Source: a virus. Taken from it: a stretch of 64,000 bases of DNA. Under the pieces are notes generated by a model that did not search any database, was not told the DNA's origin, and saw only the letters and a program-made list of their open reading frames with translations. The stretch is taken from IMG/VR virus record IMGVR_UViG_3300042988_001700, positions 34,489 through 98,488 of that record; one strand, written 5' to 3'. Numbering within the stretch: position 1 is the first letter of the stretch; each line of letters opens with the position of its first letter. Of the stretch, positions 20,694-30,929 are shown piece after piece. The translations under genes and the position numbers were made by a program.

Positions 20694-21304
20694 TTATCTA
20701 TTAAAAAACAATCCGCATGTAGCCATTACCATACCAACGCCAAAACCAATCATGTGCGAAGCAGCTACGCTGTTTCTTGAAATACATCTACCAATTATTG
20801 ATATACCCATAACAGATGCCACAAAAACACCAACAATCTGAATAATTGGAACAATCATCATGCACCCTCCTTTAAAATTTGACTTCTTGCACCACGGCAC
20901 GCCATTCCGTTCCACATAGACGGCCCCTTACACAAAAACCGCAATGAGCATGTGTTACAAGTAAAAGCGCTATCAGGAGAAACGGCAGTTTTATCGTTCT
21001 GAACCGCCACCACGGCTCTATTTTCAAACGACCTGTTTATTGCATTGCTTAAGTCTTCCATGGCCTTCAATGCGGTTTCCCTTGCGCTATCTATCTCGTC
21101 GGAGGGGGTGAGGCATTCTCGTATTGCTTCGTGTTCTGAACCAGAAGAAGAATCACCATCCAAAACCTTTTGAATCATCCGCAAGGCATCGGCAACCAAA
21201 ACAAGATGGTCAGCAAAAGCAATATGCAAAGAATCGTTTGAAGATTGCCTCAACACTTCGGCAGCATCGATAACTCTGGTATGAACGTAATTTAAACCCA
21301 TCAT
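20694..21304 (-). CDS. two hypothetical genes (20694-~20861 membrane protein, 20858-21304)
   Basis: RBSs and coupling. Confidence 0.5.
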
Positions 21305-21328
21305 ACATTAACCCTCGTAATACTTTCT

Positions 21329-22129
21329 TTACGATAATAAGTATCCACCCCACTGGCGAGCCATCTCCCTGGCTATGCCACTATACGTTTTTGCTCGCAA
21401 AGCAGCCCGCTCTTTGCTTGGACCCAACTTATTCTGGCCAGATGGCGTTTGATTGCTCCAGACTGGTTTCCCCAAGAAAGTATCCTTGCAAGCGAATTCG
21501 TATCCATTCACAGTAACGATTCGTATTCCTTCTTCGTGAGGACCAACGCATTCACAATCCGAATAGTGTTCACCATGCTCAGAGCACCATGGCTCGTCAC
21601 AGCATGGACACAACGGAAGATCGGAAGCATAAACAACCGGCTTAAAATTTTTTGGAGGAATTATTACTGTATGCTCTAACTTCGGAAACCCTTTAAGCCA
21701 CAAGCATGTTTGTTTACTGGCATCGTCGCCAAAAAACCACGGCTGAACAATCTGGTCTGGCTTGCGGATCGATTTACTTAAAGCGCCAATTGGATTCTCT
21801 ATTGCAATATGACCACAATTGGCATCCCATATAGAAAAAACAAATTCCTTTGCCTGCTCAGTAAGACGCGGATCGCGCAACCCTCTCGTTGTCCAGTGCA
21901 TACCACTCGAACAAAGATAGGTGCACGGAGGAAAAGCTATTATAGCATCCCAATGATATTCATCTAATATTGGCAAAACATCATCCTGAAAATGCCATTC
22001 CGCATGCTCCCCGCTTGTAGGAAGAATATCGCACGAATACGCCGTAAAACCAAGCTTACGGAATTCACTGCATACCACCTGAGATTCTTCGCACGCGATT
22101 AAAACATTAAAATCTTTTGCGCATTTCAT
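21329..22129 (-). CDS. DNA cytosine-5 methyltransferase-like protein with Cys-rich insertion
   Basis: VLIACEESQ (motif I), AFPPCT (catalytic PC), AIENP (motif VI), KQTCLWL, RAKTY. Confidence 0.8.
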   Translation of the reverse strand: MKCAKDFNVLIACEESQVVCSEFRKLGFTAYSCDILPTSGEHAEWHFQDDVLPILDEYHWDAIIAFPPCTYLCSSGMHWTTRGLRDPRLTEQAKEFVFSIWDANCGHIAIENPIGALSKSIRKPDQIVQPWFFGDDASKQTCLWLKGFPKLEHTVIIPPKNFKPVVYASDLPLCPCCDEPWCSEHGEHYSDCECVGPHEEGIRIVTVNGYEFACKDTFLGKPVWSNQTPSGQNKLGPSKERAALRAKTYSGIAREMARQWGGYLLS

Positions 22130-22137
22130 AAAAACAC

Positions 22138-22844
22138 CTAATTACCATTTATTGTTTTAGCATGACCCAAAATACTTTTTATGTCACACTTAATACTATC
22201 AGGACTAAGCGCCCTCGTCCAACCACAAGCAATAGCAACGATGTCTTCGGGAAGCTTTTCTAATTCACCACTATTTGTCGCAGAATTAATTATCTTCGGC
22301 AAGACAATTATTGCTACAGCCTCTTTTGTTGTTGGAATCATCATTGAAGAACCAATACATAAAAAACAGAAAATAGCAGAAATAATAGACCACCGCGCAA
22401 TCGAATGTTTAATTTTAGTTTTTTCAGTATCAGGCAAATCGCATTCATTTTCGAATACCGTCATAATAAAAATCCAAGTAGCAATATTTACCATTATGAC
22501 AGTTACACCAATACCCCTTACAAGCCCAATCATAGCATCTAACTTAAGCAAAAAATAAATATCTAAAGCACTCATATTTTAACAACCCCTTGTTTTAATT
22601 AAAATATTACATATTGCCCGGTTTTTGCCATCACATATCGAACGAAAGAGCGAACATGAGCACATTCCAATTTATCTCCAGAATGCGCAACCTCCCATTC
22701 TTTATAAATCTTTTCCATATCAATACGAGAATCGCTTGTCTCTTTGACATAATCACGGATCTCTTGTAACGCCTCGCGATACGAAACCCCCACATGTTGA
22801 TCAACCAGACTTTGCAAAGCAGCTTGAGCTATCGCTATACCCAC
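22138..22844 (-). CDS. membrane protein (22138-22575) and hypothetical protein (22599-22844)
   Basis: TM helices; RBSs. Confidence 0.55.
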
Positions 22845-22875
22845 ATTAACCTCCGTATAAAAATTGAATTACTAA

Positions 22876-22988
22876 ACTTTGTTGGTGCGCCCTTTTGAAC
22901 GGCTTTTAAGCACCGTCTACTATTTATGGACCCGTTAACTCCCGGCCCACGGGCCAAGTGGCGGGATTAGAGCACACCAACGAAATTT
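22876..22988 (-). ncRNA. structured RNA motif, copy A
   Basis: 13-bp closing stem GUUGGUGUGCUCU/AGGGCGCACCAAC with G-U pairs on the minus strand; core shared with the copy at 25.6 kb. Confidence 0.55.
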
Positions 22989-23006
22989 AACACCAGCAAA
23001 ATCTAT

Positions 23007-23079
23007 AGTCCCCCACCGGAATCGAACCGGCCCGTCACGGAAGTACTACCTCCGATTCCATCACCAGAATGTGAAGGAC
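23007..23079 (-). tRNA. degenerate tRNA-like cloverleaf (anticodon position AGT, no CCA)
   Basis: acceptor GTCCTTC/GGGGGAC, D-stem ATTC/GAAT, anticodon stem CGGAG/TTCCG with 7-nt loop GTAGTAC, T-arm GCCGG-TTCGATT-CCGGT; lacks U8 and a canonical D-loop. Confidence 0.5.
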
Positions 23080-23201
23080 ACACATTGACACCTTGTGTGG
23101 TGCGGAACACGCTACAGAAGAGCCTTTGACCATCCACCACCAAAGGAATCAGAGCATCGGCAGTTGGAGTCAACCGTTTCCGCACCATACAAGGCACCAA
23201 A

Positions 23202-24848
23202 CTATTCAAAACAAACACTGTTAAATCCATTTTCACAATTAACACCTTCAAGCCAATACCGCGTGTGCCAATTGTGGATCTCAACGCGCTCAATAGTGTA
23301 TTGAGATCCAACCTCCAAAACACCACGCGGATCTGAAACGCTGCTAACCTTTGCCTGTTCGTCGCTGCAACCAGTATAAGTTACAACGCTTCCGCTATCC
23401 TTAATTCCTCCCATAATCCCTCCAGATTAAATTTACGCTGCCGGAAAAGTGTCTTGTGGTGCGCCAGTCTACTTTTCCCCCGCGCACAGGATATTTAAGC
23501 AGCAACAATACAAATATAACTTGTGCCAATTATAATTGCAACTTAGTTATGGGAGTATCTTCAAAAACATGATACACGAAATTTCCATTATCCATCTGTA
23601 TTGTTCCAACGTATTCACCTTCCATTCTTTCTCGGGATTCTCCAGTAACGTAAATCGTAAACGTGCGCTCCTGCTTAATAACTGAATCGGTGTCTGGGAC
23701 TAAAAACCATATAGCAGCTCTTTCTTTTTGGTTTTGGACACATAATATTTTTGATCCAATCGGAACAAATATAAAGTTCTTTTCGGGATGGTCTAAATAA
23801 AACTTATAAATTGATTTCATGAGCACTCTCCTTAGTGTGGTATTTTGTGGGTTGGAGGAAAATACACGATGTCCATATTAAATTCACGTTCTGACATAAC
23901 GTCTATTGTTATACTAACCCCTTTTGACAAAGCATATTCTTTTACTTCATCCGGAATTACACTTTCCTTTGGAAGCAGCAATGTACTTCCTTCTAAAGGC
24001 AAGCGTTTCGTTTCGTAAAACTCTACTAAATCATCGATGTATTGTTTGTTTATTAACATTAAGCAACCTATTTTATTTTTTGACTTTTCTATACATTGGA
24101 TAGTACGCTGTTTTATTCCAACGTTTTCCAACCGAAACAGTATTTCCAATAACTTTAAAAGAATCCTCTCTTGCAACATAATCGTCGGGAAGAATAACAT
24201 CCCCCTTGCGTAACGCAATATAGGTTGGGTCTTCGGGATATGAAATCTTCCTTTCGCGGATTCCTTCAACCACAGGCAGCACAGCATCTCCACCGCCAGC
24301 GACCAAACCAGCCATATGAAATTGGCGCAACTCTATATCACTAATAGCAAACCATTCCATTTTACTCTCCATTCTCCATTTACCTACAATTTAATACCCT
24401 TCGAACTACACAGGTCAGTAGGGTCAAGGCACAGACCAGATTCGGTTGCGCTACGATAACGGCAAATTGCATCAGGACAACCGCAAGTTCTATCTACAAC
24501 TACTTGGCTTCTCGATGAATCGCAAGTTATCTCTTTGCCGATCTGTTTAATCCACCCACGTACCTGGCGAGCATCACGGCCATTTCCGGCACGATCGCAC
24601 CCTTTTGAAAAAGCCTCCATATCTTCAAGCATTTTTTGTATTTTTGTGGCTGGTGCCGGAACAGAAATTCCTTTCGGCTTAGATTCCTTCTGACCATTGA
24701 CCCACACCTGCAATAATTCGATAATGGCATTAGCGTCGTTAGTGGACTCTATATTAACGGCGGTCCACTGATACCCGTTGTGGGTGATACGAAGACACCA
24801 ATCGCCATACCTATCACATTCCATTTCACACCTAAACTTGTTCGACAT
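23202..24848 (-). CDS. small hypothetical genes (23202-23414, 23530-23826, 23832-~24059, 24073-24372, 24384-24848)
   Basis: RBS-preceded ORFs in tandem. Confidence 0.5.
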
Positions 24849-24851
24849 ACA

Positions 24852-26244
24852 CTAAACCCCTTTATTGTTACTTAACTGTCTACTCCACCGCTCTATGTGA
24901 GCAGAGGCATGTATTGGTTCGCTATCGGCATGTTTTACAGCAAAATCGTGCATCTCGGAAGAAACCTCCAATGCGCTGTTGTGCGATAAGTTTTGAACAA
25001 CCGCCAGTTCTGCGCGAATTGCTTCCATCGCCCTGCGCAAAGCCATTGGCCTCATTTGTGGAAGCTCGACATCGACTATCTCAAGTGCTTTTTCTAAGTT
25101 CATTCCCATGAGCGCCTCCGAACATAAAAATGACAAAAACTTTCAACCAACGTTCCGCAAACCCGCAAGCCGTATTAAAGTGAAAACCTGCTGCCGCACT
25201 CTGGACAGAAATTCCACACGACGCTCACTCCACTCCCACCACAAACCTGACATGGCTTGAATTGCGTGTTAGGCGTAGTGCCCAACTCCACAGTTTTAAG
25301 AGCGCGAATTTGATCGCACAAAATAGCAAAGTTGTCATAATGATAAGCCATAGATTGACCGAGCGACTCTCGAACCTTGTTCTCCGCCACCATACCATCG
25401 CGCTCTGTTATCAAAGCCTGTAATTCTATAAAGTTGTTTTCCACGATCGCGCTCCTATAAGTTAAAGGAATTTCGCCCAACGTTTTCCGCACTCCAGAAC
25501 GTGAGGTATTTTACCAGTAGAGCTACCCCGCATTTTGGGCTGCGGTTGTTGTAAGATGTATGCGGTTCTTCCATAATTTTCAGCGCGGCTAATACTCGTT
25601 CTACACTTTCTCCGGCAGTGTTGCCATCATGGGACCCGTTAACTACGAGATGTTGGTTATCCCCTTACGGGACAAGTGGGGGCCGCGCCTACAATTTCAA
25701 AGAACCGCATATTTCTTACAACGTTCAGCCAACACTGCGCGACAGTTTGCGCGACGGATGCACTGAACACTCCGCACCCATACACGCACCGTTAAATCGC
25801 ATATACCCACAATTCTTACCATATAAAGCGCAAATTTCGACGCTTGGCTTGTTGGACGCTGCAAACTTTTTTTCCAAATAAAGCCAGGCCGCTTTCGCTG
25901 CTTGTTTCTGCGCAATAGGATAGCACAGCCAATCGTGTTTTTGCTTCCACCACTCTTCGAAACGCTCATCTTCAGCGGCCATAAGAACTCCAAAGAAAAA
26001 GTTTATTGCATTCCAACTTGACAAATGTATGCCGTGCTTACACTACTGGTTTCCATTTAGCACAAACACCTGCCTGCATGCTACATTCTTTATTGCCACA
26101 ACTGATGCAGCATGGCATACTTTGTTTGTTGGTTGACTGTTGAGCGAGTACAGCGGTTTTCAGAGTTTGCCACTCCTCGCAATCGCGAACAAGAACGTAC
26201 TGTGATAAAAACTTTTCAAACATACCAACCTCTATGTCTAACAC
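24852..26244 (-). CDS. cassette ORFs 26038-26244, 25725-25982, 25175-25444, 24852-25109 (hypothetical; three have Cys-rich tails)
   Basis: GGAG RBS before each; C-termini encoded by the attC-like hairpins. Confidence 0.6.
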
Positions 26245-26303
26245 GGTAAACTCCTACGAAAAAATTTAAGAGCGAAATCGCAACCAACTTGACAAAGTGT
26301 GCC
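24965..26303 (-). mobile_element. integron-like cassette array: attC-like hairpins at 26011-26135, 25714-25857, 25474-25556, 25143-25275; half-sites at 26281-26303 and 24965-24986
   Basis: each site is ...YAAC [imperfect inverted repeat] GTTG...; each cassette is T-rich leader, RBS and a short ORF reading into the site; R' of site n is complementary to R'' of cassette n+1. Confidence 0.7.
25582..25690 (-). ncRNA. structured RNA motif, copy B (inside a cassette)
   Basis: closing stem GCGCGGC/GCCGCGC; core CCACUUGUCCCGU...AGUUAACGGGUCC. Confidence 0.5.
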
Positions 26304-26304
26304 A

Positions 26305-27903
26305 TTAACCACATTTAATTTCAATATCATCAAAAACAACCGGAATCAACTCTTTAAACTTTTTAAGCATCGGAATCGTAAGCTCAAGCATCTGAGGATG
26401 TGGCTTTCCACTTTCCCCGGCAGCACGCAACTTAAAAAACTTGCGCCACTCCCTCAAATTTGCAGTTAAAAACATCTCGGTCTTTGTGCTCCTATTCAGG
26501 ACCGACCGCGCCATCTGGGGAGATTCACCAAGCTCTATCAATTTAAGATAGCTCTTTTCAGCGCTCTTGCACGCATCAATCCATACCGAAGCCGATTCCG
26601 GGTTCTTAAAATGCTCAATAGGATCAATGAACGTAACTGAATTATCAAATTTGTCCTTTGAATAGTTGCAGTTATGAACAACGACACCGTTAGACACAAA
26701 ATTTTTAAAATCAGACATAACAGACACATCATAAACATCTACAAACCCAACCGATTCTATTGATACAATTTTATCAAAAAATATAGTTTCCAAATTTTTC
26801 GAATGAATTCTAAAATGACACGAAGCACAAGTAGTTATTAAATTCTCTACAGCATTATTATTGCGATCACCATCTACGTGATGAACATTTAGTCCAGTTT
26901 CAGAAGAGCATATTTCGCATTTGTTTTTTTGTATTTTTCTATAAGACCCTTTTCCAAGTTTATACAATCTATCTTTTTTTTGTTTTCCAGTATAACGACC
27001 CTCATTCCAATGGTTTTCACGTAAAGAATTTATTTGTCTTTTTACCCTTTCGTCCGAACCGTCCAACCCAGCGTTCCAAGGTTTTCTGCCAATATTAAAA
27101 TAGCTTTTTGGTTTTTTTGGCAACTTATGTTTTCTAACCCAACTCTTAATAGCAGACAACCCAAAGCCAAACTCTCTACTTATATCTACTGCCGTTTTGT
27201 TCAACACATTATACTGGTTATATAGCCAATCCCTGTTCTTATAAAGAAGACAAGACCCATTTACGGCGACGCATCCACCAACAAGCAACTCCTTGACTGC
27301 CACATATCCGTAATCAGTATATATTTTATGATCAGCAGTAGCTACAATAGAATACCCCAAAAAAGTATTTATTTTAATAACAGGCTTTACTCCAGAATAA
27401 AAAATATCGTTGATTTTACAAAATTGCAACTCTCCAGTGCGCTCATTATATTGACGTATTCCAATTCTTTTCCACGAACCATTACAAGAATTTATCTTCT
27501 TTTTATACAAATCACTTAGCGTTAATCCATAATGAGGATTTTTTGTGGTTAGTTTCATGTTTCCAGCAACACAGTATCTCGTACTTTCTTGCGATACCCC
27601 CGGATTCCATTCCATATCGAATACAAAATCGTCATCAACATGGACAAGCCGATGCCTAGTCCACTCCTGGCTCACGCCAAGGTCGCAAATAACCTTGACA
27701 CTAACAGAAACATGCTCAAGCATCGATTCGTGCCCACCGTCTATCGCGTGACTTTTAACAAAAGAATACGCAGGGTTTATTCCCGGCAAACAACCATCTT
27801 TAGAAGACTTGTAACAGGTCCTTCCGGCCTCCTCAATATGATTAAGAGCAATAAATCCCGGAAATAACATTTTTACAGTGAACTCAGAAAGCATAATATT
27901 CAT
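26305..27903 (-). CDS. thyX: FAD-dependent thymidylate synthase with intein
   Basis: GHESMLEH, RHR...SQESTRY|CNY, ARSVL...NLREWRKFFKLR...HPQM; likely start MNIMLSEF at 27903. Confidence 0.93.
   Translation of the reverse strand: MNIMLSEFTVKMLFPGFIALNHIEEAGRTCYKSSKDGCLPGINPAYSFVKSHAIDGGHESMLEHVSVSVKVICDLGVSQEWTRHRLVHVDDDFVFDMEWNPGVSQESTRYCVAGNMKLTTKNPHYGLTLSDLYKKKINSCNGSWKRIGIRQYNERTGELQFCKINDIFYSGVKPVIKINTFLGYSIVATADHKIYTDYGYVAVKELLVGGCVAVNGSCLLYKNRDWLYNQYNVLNKTAVDISREFGFGLSAIKSWVRKHKLPKKPKSYFNIGRKPWNAGLDGSDERVKRQINSLRENHWNEGRYTGKQKKDRLYKLGKGSYRKIQKNKCEICSSETGLNVHHVDGDRNNNAVENLITTCASCHFRIHSKNLETIFFDKIVSIESVGFVDVYDVSVMSDFKNFVSNGVVVHNCNYSKDKFDNSVTFIDPIEHFKNPESASVWIDACKSAEKSYLKLIELGESPQMARSVLNRSTKTEMFLTANLREWRKFFKLRAAGESGKPHPQMLELTIPMLKKFKELIPVVFDDIEIKCG
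26671..27573 (-). mobile_element. ThyX intein (301 aa) with HTH and HNH endonuclease
   Basis: STRY|CVAGNMKL ... ATADH ... CEIC...VHHVDGDRNNN...NLITTCASCH ... VYDVSV...NGVVVHN|C. Confidence 0.92.
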
Positions 27904-28502
27904 CGTACACCAACCTCGTCGGACAACAAGAGTATTAACGCACTGATCTTTCCCATACAGTCCCAAGCCTTCCTGATGTGCGCCTGAATGCTTCCGCGAC
28001 TATTTTCACCAGCAGCACTTCTAACCACGGTCAACTTCTCTGATTCTATTTGATATATAAGGCACAGCCTTTCACACGCTCTAACAACACTGGTAGTGTC
28101 TTGATATTTATTAAGCAATAACCAGTGCATATAGCGTATCTGATCATCACAATCCATTTCAGCCGTCTTCTTGTATAAAACATTCGAATACAATAGCGAC
28201 CGAACAGCGGCAATATCACGATCGAATTGGTCTATAACTATACCCTCCGGGCTTTTTGGATCTATTGTCACCATCCGCATAGACACATTGGCAGAAGGAA
28301 CAGCGACCGGATCTTTTTTTGCACGATCAAGCGCAATAGAATCATCAAGACGCTTCTTTTCGACAGAAGCCTTATAAGCAGCTTCAGCATCACCAAAACC
28401 AGAAACATCGATAGCAGGAACGCGACGATTCATAACCACCGAACCATCACCAGAGAAAGACACCAACGAAAAGCACAAAACAAACAAAAAAACCTTAAAC
28501 AT
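27900..28502 (-). CDS. exported hypothetical protein
   Basis: signal-peptide-like N-terminus, GGAGG RBS. Confidence 0.6.
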   Translation of the reverse strand: MFKVFLFVLCFSLVSFSGDGSVVMNRRVPAIDVSGFGDAEAAYKASVEKKRLDDSIALDRAKKDPVAVPSANVSMRMVTIDPKSPEGIVIDQFDRDIAAVRSLLYSNVLYKKTAEMDCDDQIRYMHWLLLNKYQDTTSVVRACERLCLIYQIESEKLTVVRSAAGENSRGSIQAHIRKAWDCMGKISALILLLSDEVGVR

Positions 28503-28821
28503 AAAACCTCCAAAAAAAATAAATTAAAAAAACGTGTATGCTACGTTCAGTGTGGCGTGCTATTTAGATCCAGCATTCCCGGAACAGAACACGCACCGCA
28601 TAAGTCGTCACCTATTTTTTCACCAGCACCTATAGTCGCATACACATTAGATATTAACATGCCATTAATATAACTAATGGAGATTATATTGTCAAGTTAC
28701 TTGTTTTCTATTTTAAAATAAAAAAAGCCCTTGCTTTTCACTATCCTACGCACGCTCTCCGGCGGGTATATTTCCATAGGATTAGATACGCAAGGGCACC
28801 TACACAGGCACTACTGGCCGT

Positions 28822-29775
28822 TTATTTTGTCAACATAGTAATAACATGACGAACATTTACCGCTGCAACGCGAAGCCACATTGAATGATCATGGTCGGTA
28901 TCGGCAAACTTGTCAGCGGCAATACCAAGTTCGCAAGCGATTATGTTCAGTGTTTCGACAGCCTCTTCGTTTCCCTTGGAAGACAAAGCCTTTATCTCGT
29001 CCAACTTTTTTTTGGCAGCAATCTCTGAATTGCGCTTTTCGTCTTCGACGCGCTTTCTTTCGATAGCAGCATTCCTTTCTGCCAATTCTCTTTGCGCCTT
29101 TATTTCAGCATCAGCCTTTGCCTTCTGGTCGCGAAGAAGCTTTTCGGACGCCTCTTTTTGACGATTGATTTCTGCTTCTGCATCTTGCCTTGCCTTTTGC
29201 GCTTCCATTTTAGCCTGAGCCTCCTTGCGCATAGCCTCTCTTTCGGCAGCCTCTCTTTCATGGCGCTCTTTTGCTATAACGCGCTCTCGCTCTTCGGCCT
29301 CACGACGCAACCGATCATTTTCGAGCTGCATGGCGTACCTGGCTTCCGCCTCCGCCTTTTCTTTTGCAACGCGCTCATGCTCTAAGCGTGCTGCCTCGAC
29401 ATCAGCCAACCGCTTTTCCTCCTGCTTGGCAAGTATCTCGACGTACTTTTCCTGCTTCTCAAGGTACTCTTCTATCGGCTCTATCAATTCAGTCAATGTT
29501 TTGGCTATTCGGTCGATTGCTTTTCCAGCCTCAAGATATTCAGCCTTTAGAGCTTTCCGTTTTCTTTCAACAGCAACGCGCTTATCACGCAAAAACAGTC
29601 TTCCCTCCCGAGCCAGTTTCATTTCCTTTAATTGAATTGGATTTGTCACAACAATTGTTTTAGCTTTTGACTTCCACTCTTCTGCCATAGCGAAAAAATC
29701 ACCAAAATCATCAAGTAATTCCGCTGCTTTTGATTCGCTGAGACCATCAACCAACTGCAATGTTTTTTGTTCCAC
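28822..29775 (-). CDS. coiled-coil phage protein
   Basis: E/K/R/A-rich helical protein; likely GTG start at 29775. Confidence 0.7.
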   Translation of the reverse strand: MEQKTLQLVDGLSESKAAELLDDFGDFFAMAEEWKSKAKTIVVTNPIQLKEMKLAREGRLFLRDKRVAVERKRKALKAEYLEAGKAIDRIAKTLTELIEPIEEYLEKQEKYVEILAKQEEKRLADVEAARLEHERVAKEKAEAEARYAMQLENDRLRREAEERERVIAKERHEREAAEREAMRKEAQAKMEAQKARQDAEAEINRQKEASEKLLRDQKAKADAEIKAQRELAERNAAIERKRVEDEKRNSEIAAKKKLDEIKALSSKGNEEAVETLNIIACELGIAADKFADTDHDHSMWLRVAAVNVRHVITMLTK

Positions 29776-30388
29776 AACCAACTTCCTTTTTAACGTTTTG
29801 TTTAAGGTGAATATTCTTGCAATAACTTTTCTCAAACACACTGTCAACCCACGACTGATCGTGAGGCAAAGCACCCTTTCCCGTCATAGCTCCAACTATA
29901 ACAAGTTCAAACCTATCGCTTATTGAATATTTTACCATACCAAGAATAGGTTCGATACTCAAAAATGGACGCCTACCAACCTTGGCAAACCAATCAACAT
30001 GTTCATAGTTTGAATCATTAATATGCGTTACAGTCAATCCACACATGACGTTTTTTGGAATATTAATTCCCATATAAGCGCCCGGAGACTTAGATAAAAA
30101 CATAAACGTATGCTGAGGACACTCGAAACAAACTTTCATGACAGCAAGCTTTTCGTCAATTGTCCAATACGCGATATCTGTCATCGATCCGACAAATATA
30201 ACTGTATGAGAAGTTATTTTCTTTGGCTGATCCAACCGTTCAGGGTGAAAGACTATCTTCTCGAAAGGTATCTTGTAAAACCTATTATACATTTTTTTAG
30301 CGTAGCAATAGTGGCATTTTCTGAGACACCCGACAACAGGATTCCAAGTATAGACAAGTCCCGGCCAATCTATGTTTGTTCTATTCAT
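29747..30388 (-). CDS. phage Gp37/Gp68 (DUF5131) radical-SAM-like protein
   Basis: TWNPVVGCLRKCHYCYA, IFVGSMTD, PQHTFMFLSK, FLSIEPIL. Confidence 0.85.
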   Translation of the reverse strand: MNRTNIDWPGLVYTWNPVVGCLRKCHYCYAKKMYNRFYKIPFEKIVFHPERLDQPKKITSHTVIFVGSMTDIAYWTIDEKLAVMKVCFECPQHTFMFLSKSPGAYMGINIPKNVMCGLTVTHINDSNYEHVDWFAKVGRRPFLSIEPILGMVKYSISDRFELVIVGAMTGKGALPHDQSWVDSVFEKSYCKNIHLKQNVKKEVGCGTKNIAVG

Positions 30389-30929
30389 TTTTCTTTAACC
30401 CTGGAACCGGTCCTCCAAAGTGCATTCCACCAGCAAGCCGAAGAATGTTGTATCCAAGGGTAGCGCGGTCTATTTCGTCAATATTCCCGGCAGCACAATC
30501 GATATAGATCGCCTTATACATCTGATCACACGCCTTGCGACCAAGAGTTAGCGGCATAGGTTCATCGTATTTACCAATTATATTTAACTCATACGGAACA
30601 TTTGTATTCTTTTTTCCACCTTCCGTGCGATACAAAAGATCATGAACCAGAGCAGCCATGCGGCAAATGCCATCAGGAGACATTTTTACAATTGACCAGA
30701 ATATTGACGGAACAGATTGGCCATCACAAATAAAACCTTCAGATATGCTGATCCTAAACATAGAGGTATCATTGGGGCACCCTTTTTTTGTTTTAAAGGA
30801 TGCCAGCCAACGATACTCTACAGGAGCATACAGTTTGTATATGCGCTCGTCAATCGGGCGAATATCAGGCATATCTTTGTTTTTATTCATCGTCCAAGCA
30901 ACAGAAACAAACTCTTCAATGTGCATTAT
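30381..30929 (-). CDS. DUF1353-like protein
   Basis: GFICDGQSVP...AALVHDLLY...CD. Confidence 0.75.
   Translation of the reverse strand: MMHIEEFVSVAWTMNKNKDMPDIRPIDERIYKLYAPVEYRWLASFKTKKGCPNDTSMFRISISEGFICDGQSVPSIFWSIVKMSPDGICRMAALVHDLLYRTEGGKKNTNVPYELNIIGKYDEPMPLTLGRKACDQMYKAIYIDCAAGNIDEIDRATLGYNILRLAGGMHFGGPVPGLKKNE

Noticed and set aside
22925-22965. Resemblance of CACUUG...GAGUUA to a c-di-GMP-II riboswitch (tempting given the GGDEF domain)
   Set aside because: The kink-turn and GUAGUGCAACCG elements are absent, and no c-di-GMP-I consensus was seen.
24965-26303. CRISPR array or simple terminators as the explanation for the repeats
   Set aside because: Units are non-identical, irregularly spaced by whole ORFs and overlap coding 3' ends. 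No CRISPR array was seen in the window, and the Cas4-like gene lies in the recombination module.
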